This document shows positions 9,564-19,344 of a DNA stretch of 64,000 nt, piece after piece. The DNA is from an uncultured Gemmatimonadales bacterium (lineage in GTDB: Bacteria; Gemmatimonadota; Gemmatimonadetes; Longimicrobiales; RSA9), in NCBI GenBank assembly GCA_963708135.1, contig OY970192.1:416001-480000 (forward strand), in the 5' to 3' direction. Every line of letters begins with the position of its first letter. The stretch's first letter is position 1. Under the pieces are notes generated by a model. The model was not told where the DNA came from and searched no databases. It worked only from the letters and a program-made list of their open reading frames with translations. The position numbers were made by a program, and so were the translations under genes.

Positions 9564-10739
9564 ATGCGCTCCGAGACCCTGCGGCTGCAGCCAGCGAGCC
9601 TCGCCATCCTCCTCCTTCTCGTCCTCGGCACGCCCGGCGCAATGCTCGCCCAGAGTCGGGGCAGGTCCCAGCACACGCGCGAAGGGCCGAGGCGCATCGA
9701 GCCGCCGCCGCGAGCCGGAACGCCGTCGGCGCGCGCGGCCGGGCAGCGAGCGGAGGGGGCGGCCCGCGAAGGCCCGGCCTGGCACACGCGAACGGCGCCC
9801 GAGCGCCGGGAAGCGCACTGGAACGGACCGGCGCTCGCGCCGGAGGGTCCGCGCTTCGCCCCCGGGGGCGGCCCCCGGCTGGCGCCGGAGGGAGTGGGGC
9901 CGCGGGCGCCCGGGCGCGTCCTGACGCGGTCCGGCTGGGCGCCGGGGCGTGGGGAGCCGCGGCCTGCGGACCACGCCCTGACGCGGTCCGGATGGGTCCC
10001 GGTGCCCGCTCGAGGCCGCGGGCGCGGCGCTGGCGGCGGATGGGACGATCGGGCCGCGCGGGAGCGGGATCGCGAGGCCGGGCGTCGCGGGCCGGGGGGT
10101 CGCCTTCCGTACAGCGTGAAGCACGCCGGCGACGGCGGCCACACCAAGATCGTCGATGTGGACGGGACGCGCTGGGCCGGGACCGGCTGGGGCGGCCTGG
10201 GCGGCGTGGCCGCGCGGCATCCGCAAGCGGACGGGGCGCGCAGGGCGCATCGCCTTCCGGCGTTCGGTCGGCCGGGCGAGCCGAGGCGGGGCGAGCCGAG
10301 GCGGGGCGAGGCGCCGCTCGGGGGCATCTCGTGGGCGCGATGGGCTGGCGGACGGGCCTTCCCGGGAGCGTTCGTCCTGCCCGTGCGCCGGCGCTGGTGG
10401 CGCGCCCCGGCCTGGTGGGGCTTCGGCTCGTGCCTGGCGCCGGCGGGTTTTTCCCCGTACGGCTACGACGCCTACGGCTTCGGCCCGTTCGGCTTCGTGG
10501 CCGCCTCGTTCGGCTACGAAGGCGGCTACGGATACGACGGCCTCGGCTGGTCGGTGGGCGTCGTCCTCCCCCCGCGGCCGTACCCGCTCGCGCGCTGGCG
10601 GGCGTTCCCGTGGGCGGGCGGGTGCGGCTACGCTCCGCTCGGCGTTTTCTGGACGCCGCGGGGGCAGCGCTGCGCGCGCGTGGCCGTGCGGAGCGTGAGC
10701 GGTAGCGACTATTTCGTGGACGTGGGAAGCTGCTGGTAG
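9564..10739 (+). CDS. Possible secreted Gly/Arg-rich protein with aromatic-rich C-terminus
   Basis: GGAGG RBS, signal-peptide-like N-terminus, GY/GF-rich tail; low complexity makes the call uncertain. Confidence 0.35.
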   Translation: MRSETLRLQPASLAILLLLVLGTPGAMLAQSRGRSQHTREGPRRIEPPPRAGTPSARAAGQRAEGAAREGPAWHTRTAPERREAHWNGPALAPEGPRFAPGGGPRLAPEGVGPRAPGRVLTRSGWAPGRGEPRPADHALTRSGWVPVPARGRGRGAGGGWDDRAARERDREAGRRGPGGRLPYSVKHAGDGGHTKIVDVDGTRWAGTGWGGLGGVAARHPQADGARRAHRLPAFGRPGEPRRGEPRRGEAPLGGISWARWAGGRAFPGAFVLPVRRRWWRAPAWWGFGSCLAPAGFSPYGYDAYGFGPFGFVAASFGYEGGYGYDGLGWSVGVVLPPRPYPLARWRAFPWAGGCGYAPLGVFWTPRGQRCARVAVRSVSGSDYFVDVGSCW

Positions 10740-10752
10740 ACACCGTCCCGGG

Positions 10753-12540
10753 CTAGAAGCCGCCGCCGCCGCCGCCGCCGAAGCCGCCCCCGCTGAACCC
10801 GCCGCCGCCGAATCCGGAGCTGCTCGACGAGCTGCGCGGCGAGGAGCTCATGACCGAGCCGGTGTGGGAGCACATCTGCTGCAGGCGCGCGGTGAGCACG
10901 CCGGCGCGGAAGCCGGCCGGGTCGGTGCCGATGTACCAGCTGGGGGGTGTACGGTAGGTGTCCTCGAAGGCGCGGGCCCAGCTCTTCTCGACGGCGAAGG
11001 CCATGGCGAAGGGCAGGTATTTCTCGAACATCTCGGGCGTGCGCACCATGCGCCGCAGGCGGTCCCCCTCCACCCGCCCGAGGAACTCCTCGAATCCGAG
11101 CACCTCCTCGAGCGCGCGCGCACCGGCCGGAGTGCGCGCGGGCATGAAGTAGCCGAAGAAGGCCACGATGACGCCCGTCGCGATGCCGCCGATGACGAGC
11201 GGCAGCGGAGACTGCCCGAGCACGTTCTGGGCGAGCGGCGCGGCGCCGAGGAAGGTGCCGGCCGCCAGGACGATGCCCGCGGTCATGTAGGGCACGCGGA
11301 CGGAGTCGGGGCGCCGCCGGTAGTAGCCGAGGAAGACGAGCCGGTCGAAGATCCCGTTCCGGATCTCAGGCAGGTGCTTGTAGAAGGAGTTGGCCAGCTC
11401 GGAGGTCTCGATGCTCTCCGCATCGCCGCTGAAGAGGGAGGCCAGGAGCGCGCGCTCGTGCGGCTGGAGGCTCCCCCACTCGGCCGCTCCCTTCGCGCGG
11501 TGGAAGACGTACTCCTGCTTGTGGACCAGCCCGAAGGCGTGGGACTCCTTCCGCTCCTCGATGGTGATGAAGCCGCGGACGGCGAGATCGACCAGCGTGG
11601 CGGTGATGTCGCGCAGGTCGGGACGGTTGTCCAGCAGCGTGCCGGCCTCGGCCGGGCCGAGGCCGGCGGGCGGCTCGTAGCGGGCGGTGATCGGGCGTAG
11701 CCGCGGGTCGCGTCCCTTGCGGCGCCAGAGGCCGAACATCACGCCGAAGCCGAGGAACGGCAGCAGCAGCCCCCAGTTGCCGGCCAGGAAGAGCCCCGCC
11801 TTGTCGATCGCGCCGGGCCGCTCGACCACGCCCGGATCCCAGCCGGTCACGAGCGTCATGCCCTCGTGGAAGCCGAGCGGGCGCGCCGTCTCCATGAGGA
11901 CGGAGTTCGGGGCGTCGATCGTCTCCCGCGCCCCCTCCTCGCGCGAGCCGCGCACTCCCGTGTAGCCGGTCGCCCGCAGGTGCTCGACGGCGGGCGGGAG
12001 GTAGAGCCGCACGCTGGCCCCCTGGATCGGCACGTCCCACTGCGTGCCGGTCACGTTCCAGTACAGCTCGTCGTGGTCCTCGAAGAAGCGGAGCGCATTC
12101 AGCACGTGGTAGTGGATGACCACCGTCTTCCACGCGTCGTGGGCGCCGGGGACGTACACCTTCAGCCGCAACGAGCCGTGCTGCCGGCTCCTCTCGTACC
12201 GGAGGGCGACGCCCTTGTCGTCCGTCACGCCGTCGAGGCGCAGCTGCAGCGTGTAGTTCAGGCCGCCGGGCGCATCGTACTCGATGGGGATCGTGCGGTA
12301 GATCCCGTTCCACGACCCCTGGAAGTGGAAGCGGATGCGCTCCGTGACGACGAGCACCCCGTTCCGGCGCACGAGCAGCTCGGCGTCGAAGCGCTCGACC
12401 GTGAGCTCACGGGCGCTCAGACGTGGCGCCGCGGAGGCCAGCAGCACGAGCGCGAGAAGGAGCGGCCGGGCGCGCCGGAAACCGGCCCCGGCGCCGCCGG
12501 TCCGCGAAGCGGCGCGGGCCTGCGTCATCCCGCCCACCAC
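10753..12540 (-). CDS. DUF2207 family membrane protein
   Basis: DELYWNVTG.W, ATLVDLAVRG, FEKYLPFAMAF, C-terminal SSS/GGGFSGGGFGGGGGGGF; directly follows lemA. Confidence 0.92.
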   Translation of the reverse strand: MVGGMTQARAASRTGGAGAGFRRARPLLLALVLLASAAPRLSARELTVERFDAELLVRRNGVLVVTERIRFHFQGSWNGIYRTIPIEYDAPGGLNYTLQLRLDGVTDDKGVALRYERSRQHGSLRLKVYVPGAHDAWKTVVIHYHVLNALRFFEDHDELYWNVTGTQWDVPIQGASVRLYLPPAVEHLRATGYTGVRGSREEGARETIDAPNSVLMETARPLGFHEGMTLVTGWDPGVVERPGAIDKAGLFLAGNWGLLLPFLGFGVMFGLWRRKGRDPRLRPITARYEPPAGLGPAEAGTLLDNRPDLRDITATLVDLAVRGFITIEERKESHAFGLVHKQEYVFHRAKGAAEWGSLQPHERALLASLFSGDAESIETSELANSFYKHLPEIRNGIFDRLVFLGYYRRRPDSVRVPYMTAGIVLAAGTFLGAAPLAQNVLGQSPLPLVIGGIATGVIVAFFGYFMPARTPAGARALEEVLGFEEFLGRVEGDRLRRMVRTPEMFEKYLPFAMAFAVEKSWARAFEDTYRTPPSWYIGTDPAGFRAGVLTARLQQMCSHTGSVMSSSPRSSSSSSGFGGGGFSGGGFGGGGGGGF

Positions 12541-13080
12541 TCAGAACGAGACCCTGGGCGCTTCCCGCTCGGCGCCGGCCACCTCGAAGAACTCGCGCGC
12601 ATGGAAGCCGAATAGCATCGCCACCATGTTGCTCGGGAACTGCGCGATCCGGGTGTTGAAGTCCCGCACCACCGCGTTGTAGTAGCGGCGCGCGTTCTGG
12701 ATCGCGTCCTCGAGGCCCTCCAGCGAGTGCTGGAGCTGCATGAAGTTCTCCGATGCCCGCAGCTGCGGGTACGCCTCCGAGAGCGCGAACAGCGACTTCA
12801 GCGACTGCGCGAGCATCCCTTCCGCCTCCGCCTTCGCCGCCGGCCCCTGCGCGTTCATCGCCTTCGAGCGCGCCTCGACCACCGCCTCCAGCGTCTGCCG
12901 TTCGTGGCCCGCGTACCCTTTCACCGTCTCCACCAGGTTCGGGATCAGGTCATAGCGCCGCTTGAGCTGCACGTCGATGTCGGCCCAGGCGTTGTACGCC
13001 TGCACCCGCAGGCGCACCAGCGTGTTGTACGCCCAGAGCCCGAACAGGGCGATCGCGGCCAGGACGATGATGGTCCCCAT
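12541..13080 (-). CDS. lemA: LemA family protein
   Basis: AWADIDVQLKRRYDLIPNLVETVKGYA, AYPQLRA..NF, RRYYNAVV. Confidence 0.97.
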   Translation of the reverse strand: MGTIIVLAAIALFGLWAYNTLVRLRVQAYNAWADIDVQLKRRYDLIPNLVETVKGYAGHERQTLEAVVEARSKAMNAQGPAAKAEAEGMLAQSLKSLFALSEAYPQLRASENFMQLQHSLEGLEDAIQNARRYYNAVVRDFNTRIAQFPSNMVAMLFGFHAREFFEVAGAEREAPRVSF

Positions 13081-13349
13081 TGCCGTACCTTTCGTTTCAG
13101 GGGCGGTGGTGTCGGTTCACGGTGGGAGTTCCTAGGATACCGAGGACGGCGGGGGAGGTAAAGAGTGTCGTGAGGGGAAATGAGAGCGCGGGACGGGGTC
13201 GGCACGCGCGGGCTCGCGGTGCTTCGCGCCCGCCCGACGCGCTTCGCGCCCGCCGGCGGGCTTTGCGCCGCGCCGATCCTTGCCGGACATGGGCCCGCGC
13301 CGACGCCCGCGCGAGCGCCCGGTGGCCCCGGACGCCCCGCGGCTCACCC

Positions 13350-13550
13350 CTACGGCGGCGGTGCGGTGCCGCCGTTGCGCGGCGGTGGCTCGCGGCGGGC
13401 CATGTTGCCGGCAATGGCCAGGATGGCGATGCCGGCCATCACGACCACGCCGACAATGATCCAGGTCTGCGACAGGCCGAGCAGGCTGGCCGCCCATGCA
13501 ATGCCGCCGATCAGGACGGCGAAGCCAAGCACGTAAAGCGCGATCGACAT
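13350..13550 (-). CDS. Small two-TM membrane protein (66 aa)
   Basis: GAGGAG RBS, ATG at 13550, MSIALYVLGFAVLIGGIAW... Confidence 0.7.
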   Translation of the reverse strand: MSIALYVLGFAVLIGGIAWAASLLGLSQTWIIVGVVVMAGIAILAIAGNMARREPPPRNGGTAPPP

Positions 13551-13644
13551 CTGCGTCTCCTCGGGCCGGGGTCCGATTCGTGAATCCGGCCTGGCAGGGG
13601 AGCAAGGGCCGTACCGGAGAGATAAACGTCTGTGGTGAAAGGGG

Positions 13645-15555
13645 TTGAACGTGTTCAGGATTCGCCTGGTGTCCGACGTCGCCGCGGCCGAGACCGCCGA
13701 TACCGTGGCGCAGGTCCAGCAGATCCTGCGCGCGCAGTTCCCTGGGCTCTCCAGCCGCGACATCGCGGCGCTGCCCGACCGCCTGCGCGGGCGGCCACGC
13801 AGCCGGTTCCGCCTGCGGCTGCTGGTGGCCGAGGATTGGCGCCGGCAGGCGCGCGGCTTCGCGTTGCTGCTGCACGAGCCGCGGCTCCACTTCTCGCTGC
13901 TGGAGTACATCTCGGCCGCCCGACACCGCACGGGCGGCGGGATCGGCGGCGCGCTCTACGAACGGGTGCGGGCGGAGGCCGGCGCGCTCGGGGCGGACGC
14001 GCTCTTCCTGGAGGGCCTGCCGGACGACCCGGCACTCTGCGGGGATGCCTCGCTGCTCGAGCAGAACGCGGCGCGCCTCCGCTTCTACGAGCTGTACGGC
14101 GTGCGTCCGCTCGAGCTCCCCGGCTACCGCCTGCCGGTCGGGCCGAAGGACACCTGCCCGCCGTTCCTGCTCTACGACGACCTGGGCAGCGGCGCTCCGC
14201 TGCGGCGGGCGCGGGCGCGGCAGGTGGTGCGCGCGATCCTGGTGGGGAAGTACGGCGAGCTGACGGACGAGGCGTACCGGAAGCGGGTGCTGGCGAGCAT
14301 CACGGAGGACCCGGTGCCGGTGCGGGAGGCGAGGTATGTCGCGGCATCCCGCCGGAACGGAGAGAGGCGGGCGGGGGGACGGCAGGGTGAGGGCGAGGGT
14401 ACGGGTGCGGGTGGCAGGCCCGAGGTCCGGGCGAGCGCGCCCGCGGGAGAGGGCGCGCGGGGGGCGGAGCGGCGGAGCGGCGAAGATCGCCGCGGGGCGG
14501 GGGCGCTGGTGGTGAACGAGGGGCACCAGGTTCATCACGTCCGGGAGCGAGGGTACGTCGAGTCGCCGGTGCGCCTCCCGTCCATCCTGCGCGCGCTGGA
14601 GGCGGCGGAGTGGTTCCGTCGCGTGGCGGCGCGGCACTGGGGGGAGGACCACGTGAAGGCGATCCACGATCCCGATTTCGTGGACTACCTGAAGAAGATC
14701 TGCCTCTCGATGGGGCCGAATGCGCGCTCGGTCTACCCGTACGTCTTTCCGATCCGGAACGTGGCGCGGCCGCCGAAGGACCTGTCGATTCGGGCGGGCT
14801 ACTACTGCATCGACACGTTCACGCCGCTGAACCGGAACGCCTACCTGGCGGCCCGGGGAGCGGTGGACTGCGCGTTGACGGCGGCGGAGCTCGTCCTGAA
14901 CGGTACGAGCGTGGCGTACGCGCTCGTGCGGCCACCGGGGCACCACGCGGAGCGGCGCTCGTTCGGCGGCTTCTGCTACTTCAACTCGACGGCGGCGGCG
15001 GCGCACTACCTCTCCCGCTTCGGGCGGGTGGCGATCCTGGACGTGGACTACCACCACGGCAACGGGCAGCAGGACATCTTCTACGCGCGCGGCGACGTGC
15101 TGACCGTCTCGATCCACGGCCACCCGAGCTTCGCCTATCCGTACTTCAGCGGCTTCCCGGAGGAGGAGGGGGAGGGCGAGGGTAAGGGGGTGAACCTGAA
15201 CCTGGCGCTCCCGGAGGCGGTGGACGGCGCGCGCTACCGGACGGAGCTCGGCCGCGCGCTGCGGCGCATCGAGGCGTTCGCGCCGCGCTTCCTCGTGGTG
15301 GCGCTCGGGCTCGACCCCGCGCGCGGCGACCCGACCGGCACATGGTCGCTCACCGGCACGGACTTCGAGAAGAACGGGGCGCTCATCGCGGGGCTGGGGC
15401 TGCCGACTCTGGTGGTGCAGGAGGGCGGCTACCGGACGCGTTCACTGGGCGTCAATGCGCGCCGCTTCTTCGCGGGGCTCTTCTCGGCCGGAGACGCGGG
15501 CGACGCGGCGCGGCCGGATCGGGCGGGGCCGGCTCGGCCGCCCGGGAAGAAGTGA
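13645..15555 (+). CDS. GNAT acetyltransferase-like domain fused to a histone deacetylase/acetylpolyamine amidohydrolase domain
   Basis: N-terminal LEYI...RTGGGIGGALY and RFYE..G; C-terminal RPPGHHA, GFCYFN, DVDYHHGNG, ALGLD, EGGY. Confidence 0.9.
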   Translation: MNVFRIRLVSDVAAAETADTVAQVQQILRAQFPGLSSRDIAALPDRLRGRPRSRFRLRLLVAEDWRRQARGFALLLHEPRLHFSLLEYISAARHRTGGGIGGALYERVRAEAGALGADALFLEGLPDDPALCGDASLLEQNAARLRFYELYGVRPLELPGYRLPVGPKDTCPPFLLYDDLGSGAPLRRARARQVVRAILVGKYGELTDEAYRKRVLASITEDPVPVREARYVAASRRNGERRAGGRQGEGEGTGAGGRPEVRASAPAGEGARGAERRSGEDRRGAGALVVNEGHQVHHVRERGYVESPVRLPSILRALEAAEWFRRVAARHWGEDHVKAIHDPDFVDYLKKICLSMGPNARSVYPYVFPIRNVARPPKDLSIRAGYYCIDTFTPLNRNAYLAARGAVDCALTAAELVLNGTSVAYALVRPPGHHAERRSFGGFCYFNSTAAAAHYLSRFGRVAILDVDYHHGNGQQDIFYARGDVLTVSIHGHPSFAYPYFSGFPEEEGEGEGKGVNLNLALPEAVDGARYRTELGRALRRIEAFAPRFLVVALGLDPARGDPTGTWSLTGTDFEKNGALIAGLGLPTLVVQEGGYRTRSLGVNARRFFAGLFSAGDAGDAARPDRAGPARPPGKK

Positions 15556-15706
15556 CGCGGGACGGGGCGTGACGGCCGGCGGCGGCGATGGTAGCTTGGG
15601 CAGGCCGTGCCGGCGGCCGCGTAGTGCGCCCCGGCACGGCGGTCCGCGCCGCACGGGGGCACGCCCGCCTCCGCCGCCCGGGCTTCCCCCGACGAAGGAA
15701 GGAGCC

Positions 15707-18625
15707 ATGCCCGCTCATCCCCGCCTCCGCCTGATTCTCGCCTGCACCGTCGTCCTCGTCCCCGCGGCAGCCAGGGCCCAGGCGCCGACGGGCCCGTTCC
15801 GGGAGCTCGCGTTCCGCTCGATCGGCCCGGCCGTGATGGGCGGCCGGATCCACGACGTGGAGGCGCTGCCGGGCGACGCGTCGACGGTCTACGTCGCCTC
15901 GGCCACGGGCGGGCTGTGGAAGTCGGTGAACCACGGCACGACCTGGACCCCGGTCTTCGACGGCCAGCCGACTGGCACGTTCGGCGTGGTGGCGATCGCG
16001 CCATCGGATGCGAGCATCGTGTGGGCGGGCACCGGAGAGCAGAACAACCGGCAGAGCAGCTCGTGGGGGGACGGCGTCTTCCGCTCGACCGACGGCGGCG
16101 CGACCTGGACGCACGTGGGGCTCGAGGCGACACGCGCGATCGGCCGGATCGTGGTGGACCCGAAGGATCCGGCGGTGGCCTGGGTCGCCGCGCTGGGCAA
16201 CCTGTGGAAGCCCTCCGCCGAGCGGGGCGTGTTCAAGACCACCGACGGCGGGCGCACGTGGAAGAAGAGCCTGTTCGTGGACACGCTCACGGGCGTGGTG
16301 GACCTGGTCATGGACCCGGACGATCCGGGAACGCTCTACGCCGCGGCGTACCAGCGGCTGCGCACCCCCTGCTGCTTCAACGGCGGTGGGCCGGGGAGCG
16401 GGATCTATCGCACGAGGGATGGCGGCGCCACCTGGACGAAGCTCGCGGGCGGGCTGCCGGCCGGGGACCTCGGCCGTATCGGGCTGGCCATCGCGGCGAG
16501 CAGCGGCAAGCGCGTCTACGCGGTGATCGAGCACGCCGGCGCGGGCGGGGTCTACCGGACGGACGACGCCGGCGAGCACTGGACGCGCACCAGCTCGCTC
16601 GATCCGCGGCCAATGTACTACAGCTCGATCGCCGTGGATCCGACCAACGCGGACCGCGTCTACATGATGAGCCGCTGGTTCTATCGCAGCGACGACGCCG
16701 GGAAGACGTGGCGCACCATGCCCACGGAGCCGACATACGACGTGGGGCTCAAGGGCGATTACCACGCCATGTGGATCGACCCACGCAACCCACGCCACTT
16801 CTACCTGGCCGGCGACGGCGGGCTGTACCAGAGCTGGGACATGGGCGCCACCTACAACCGGATCAACAACCTGCCGATCGGCCAGTTCTACGGGATCGGT
16901 CTCGATGACGAGACGCCGTACCGCGTCTACGGCGGGATGCAGGACGACCACTCGTGGTTCGGGCCCAGCGCCACGCGGCACTACCTGGGCATCGTGGACG
17001 GCGACTGGCGCGAGATCGGCTTCAACGACGGGCTGAATCCCTCGGTGGACCTGTCCGGGAGCCGCACCGTCTACAGCAACGCCGTGGAGGGCGACCTCAC
17101 GCGCGTGGACGCCCACACGGGCGACCGCGCGGACATCCACCCGCAGCCGGCGCCCGGAGAGAAGCCCTACCGCTTCGAGTGGATCACGCCCGGCACGGCC
17201 TCGGGCCACACGCCGGGGACCTACTACTACGGCGGCAACCGCCTCTTCATCACCCGTGACGCGGGGCGCACCTGGGAGGCGACGAAGGACCTCACGCGCC
17301 AGGTCAACCGCGACACCGTGGTCGTGATGGGCGTGGCGGACGCGAAGATCACGCTCTCGCGCAACGACGGGCAGGGCGCCTTCAGCGCCCTCTCCGCCAT
17401 CGACGAGAGCCCGCTCGACGCGCGCGTGCTCTGGGTCGGCACCGATGATGGCAACCTCCAGGTCTCGCGCGACGGCGGCACCACCTGGACGGAGGTCGGC
17501 CGCAACGTGAAGGGGGTGCCCGACGGGACCTACGTCAGCCGCGTGGCCGCGTCGGGCGAGGGGGCAGGCGTGGCGTACGTCGCCTTCGACGACCACCGGC
17601 GGGGGGACTTCCGGCCCTACGTGTTCCGCACCACCGACTTCGGCGCGAGCTGGACCCCGCTCTCCGCGGGGCTGCCGGAGGACGGGTCGGCGCGCCTCGT
17701 GATGGCCTGGCCCCATCATCCCGGCACGGTGCTGCTCGGCACGGAGCACGCGCTCTTCCTCTCGACCGACCGCGGCGCCCACTGGGACCGGCTGGGGGCG
17801 AACCTGCCCACCACGCTCTACCTGGACGCGAAGGTCCAGCCGCGCACGGGCGACCTGGTCGTGGCCACCCACGGCCGCAGCCTCTGGATCCTCAATGACG
17901 CGACGCCCCTCGCCACCTGGTCGCCGGCCATGGCGGCGCAGCCCGCGCACCTCTTCCCGGCCCGGCCCGCCACGATCTACCAGCACTGGGAGGACTACTC
18001 CTACCGCGGGCAGGACTTCTTCGCGGGCGAGAACCCGCCCGTCGGCGCCATCCTCGACTACACGCTGGCCAGGCCCGCCGACAGCGTCCGGATCACGATC
18101 CGGAACGCCGCCGGCCAGGTGGTGCGCACGCTCGCTGGCCCGGGCGGCGCCGGCGTGGTGCACCGCGTCGTCTGGGACCTGCGCCACGAGCCGCCGCCCT
18201 CCGAGCCGGACACCAACCAGGCGACGCTGGCCGCGCTTCCTCGCCCGCCCCGGCCGATCGCGCCGCAGGGCCCGTTCGTCTCGCCGGGCACGTACGGCGT
18301 CACCCTCGAGGCCGGCGGCGTGAAGACCACCGGCACCGTCCACGTGGACGGCGACCCCGAGATGCCGCTCACGCTCGCACAGTACCGGGACCGGGAGGCG
18401 TTCCTCGTGGACCTGCTGGGCGTTCAGGAGCGCGCCTACGCGCAGGCGCGCCAGGCCCAGGGCCCCGCGCGGGCGGCGGCGAGGCGGCTCCAGTTCCGGG
18501 CGTACGCGCTGGCGTCCGACTTCAACGGCCGCGGCGCCGTGCAGGGCACGCTCCACCCGCCCACCGCCGCCCAGCGGCGGGAGCTGGCCGCGCTGAAGGC
18601 GGGGCTCGCGGCTGCCGCTCGTTAG
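15707..18625 (+). CDS. Secreted VPS10/BNR-repeat (glycosyl hydrolase-like) beta-propeller protein
   Basis: AGGAG RBS, signal peptide, FRSIGPAVMGGRI, repeated S.D.G.TW Asp-boxes. Confidence 0.9.
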   Translation: MPAHPRLRLILACTVVLVPAAARAQAPTGPFRELAFRSIGPAVMGGRIHDVEALPGDASTVYVASATGGLWKSVNHGTTWTPVFDGQPTGTFGVVAIAPSDASIVWAGTGEQNNRQSSSWGDGVFRSTDGGATWTHVGLEATRAIGRIVVDPKDPAVAWVAALGNLWKPSAERGVFKTTDGGRTWKKSLFVDTLTGVVDLVMDPDDPGTLYAAAYQRLRTPCCFNGGGPGSGIYRTRDGGATWTKLAGGLPAGDLGRIGLAIAASSGKRVYAVIEHAGAGGVYRTDDAGEHWTRTSSLDPRPMYYSSIAVDPTNADRVYMMSRWFYRSDDAGKTWRTMPTEPTYDVGLKGDYHAMWIDPRNPRHFYLAGDGGLYQSWDMGATYNRINNLPIGQFYGIGLDDETPYRVYGGMQDDHSWFGPSATRHYLGIVDGDWREIGFNDGLNPSVDLSGSRTVYSNAVEGDLTRVDAHTGDRADIHPQPAPGEKPYRFEWITPGTASGHTPGTYYYGGNRLFITRDAGRTWEATKDLTRQVNRDTVVVMGVADAKITLSRNDGQGAFSALSAIDESPLDARVLWVGTDDGNLQVSRDGGTTWTEVGRNVKGVPDGTYVSRVAASGEGAGVAYVAFDDHRRGDFRPYVFRTTDFGASWTPLSAGLPEDGSARLVMAWPHHPGTVLLGTEHALFLSTDRGAHWDRLGANLPTTLYLDAKVQPRTGDLVVATHGRSLWILNDATPLATWSPAMAAQPAHLFPARPATIYQHWEDYSYRGQDFFAGENPPVGAILDYTLARPADSVRITIRNAAGQVVRTLAGPGGAGVVHRVVWDLRHEPPPSEPDTNQATLAALPRPPRPIAPQGPFVSPGTYGVTLEAGGVKTTGTVHVDGDPEMPLTLAQYRDREAFLVDLLGVQERAYAQARQAQGPARAAARRLQFRAYALASDFNGRGAVQGTLHPPTAAQRRELAALKAGLAAAAR

Positions 18626-18950
18626 CGCCCGGAACAGCGGGTGGGGGAGCTCGCGGGTGCAGGCCTGCGCGCGGGGGGCGACGGGAACTGCGGTGGGGGT
18701 GGGGGTGGGGGTGGGGGTGGGGAAACGGCGGGGGAACTACGGGTGAGGGAACTCGCGGGGGGAGTGGGGGTGGGTCGCGGCGTGTACGCGGCCGGTCTTG
18801 CGGGGTGCAGAACCCGCCAATGGACGGGAGCAGGCGGGTGGGTGGCGGGTTCTGCTCGCCTGGCAGGTACAACCCACCAGGCGATCCGCTGCGGGAAATC
18901 GAGAGGCAGATCGTGACGGCTATGGGTGCAGAAGTCGGATCTCGTTCCCG

Positions 18951-19144
18951 CGGCCGCGTCGACTGGCGCCTTCTGCACGTTCGGCCGCGTCAACTGGCGC
19001 CTTCTGCACGGTCGGCCGCGTCAACTGGCGCCTTCTGCGCGGTCGGCCGCGTCGACTGGCGCCTTCTGCACGGTCGGCCGCGTCGACTGGCGCCTTCTGC
19101 GCGGTCGGCCGCGTCGAATCGGCGCCTTCTGCACGGTCGGCCGC
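18951..19144. repeat. Tandem repeat, ~6 copies of 31 bp (CGGCCGCGTCRACTGGCGCCTTCTGCRCGGT)
   Basis: Units start at 18951, 18982, 19013, 19044, 19075, 19106; intergenic between convergent genes. Confidence 0.95.
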
Positions 19145-19344
19145 TCCGATCGTCACCGTCCGCACGGCCGCGCGCGCCGGTTGGCGCGTCCCGGTCCGAC
19201 CGCGCCCGTCTGAGCATCGGAGCGAACCCGCGGGTCGGCGGCCATAGTCCCTCACCCGCGGTGGCCGCGCAGTGTCCCCACCCCTCGCGCCTACCCGCAC
19301 CCCCACCCGCAGTTCCGCAACTCCGGCAGGGCCCGGGCCGGTAC

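Noticed and set aside
18951..19144. CRISPR array of 31-bp repeats
   Set aside because: Repeats are head-to-tail with no spacers
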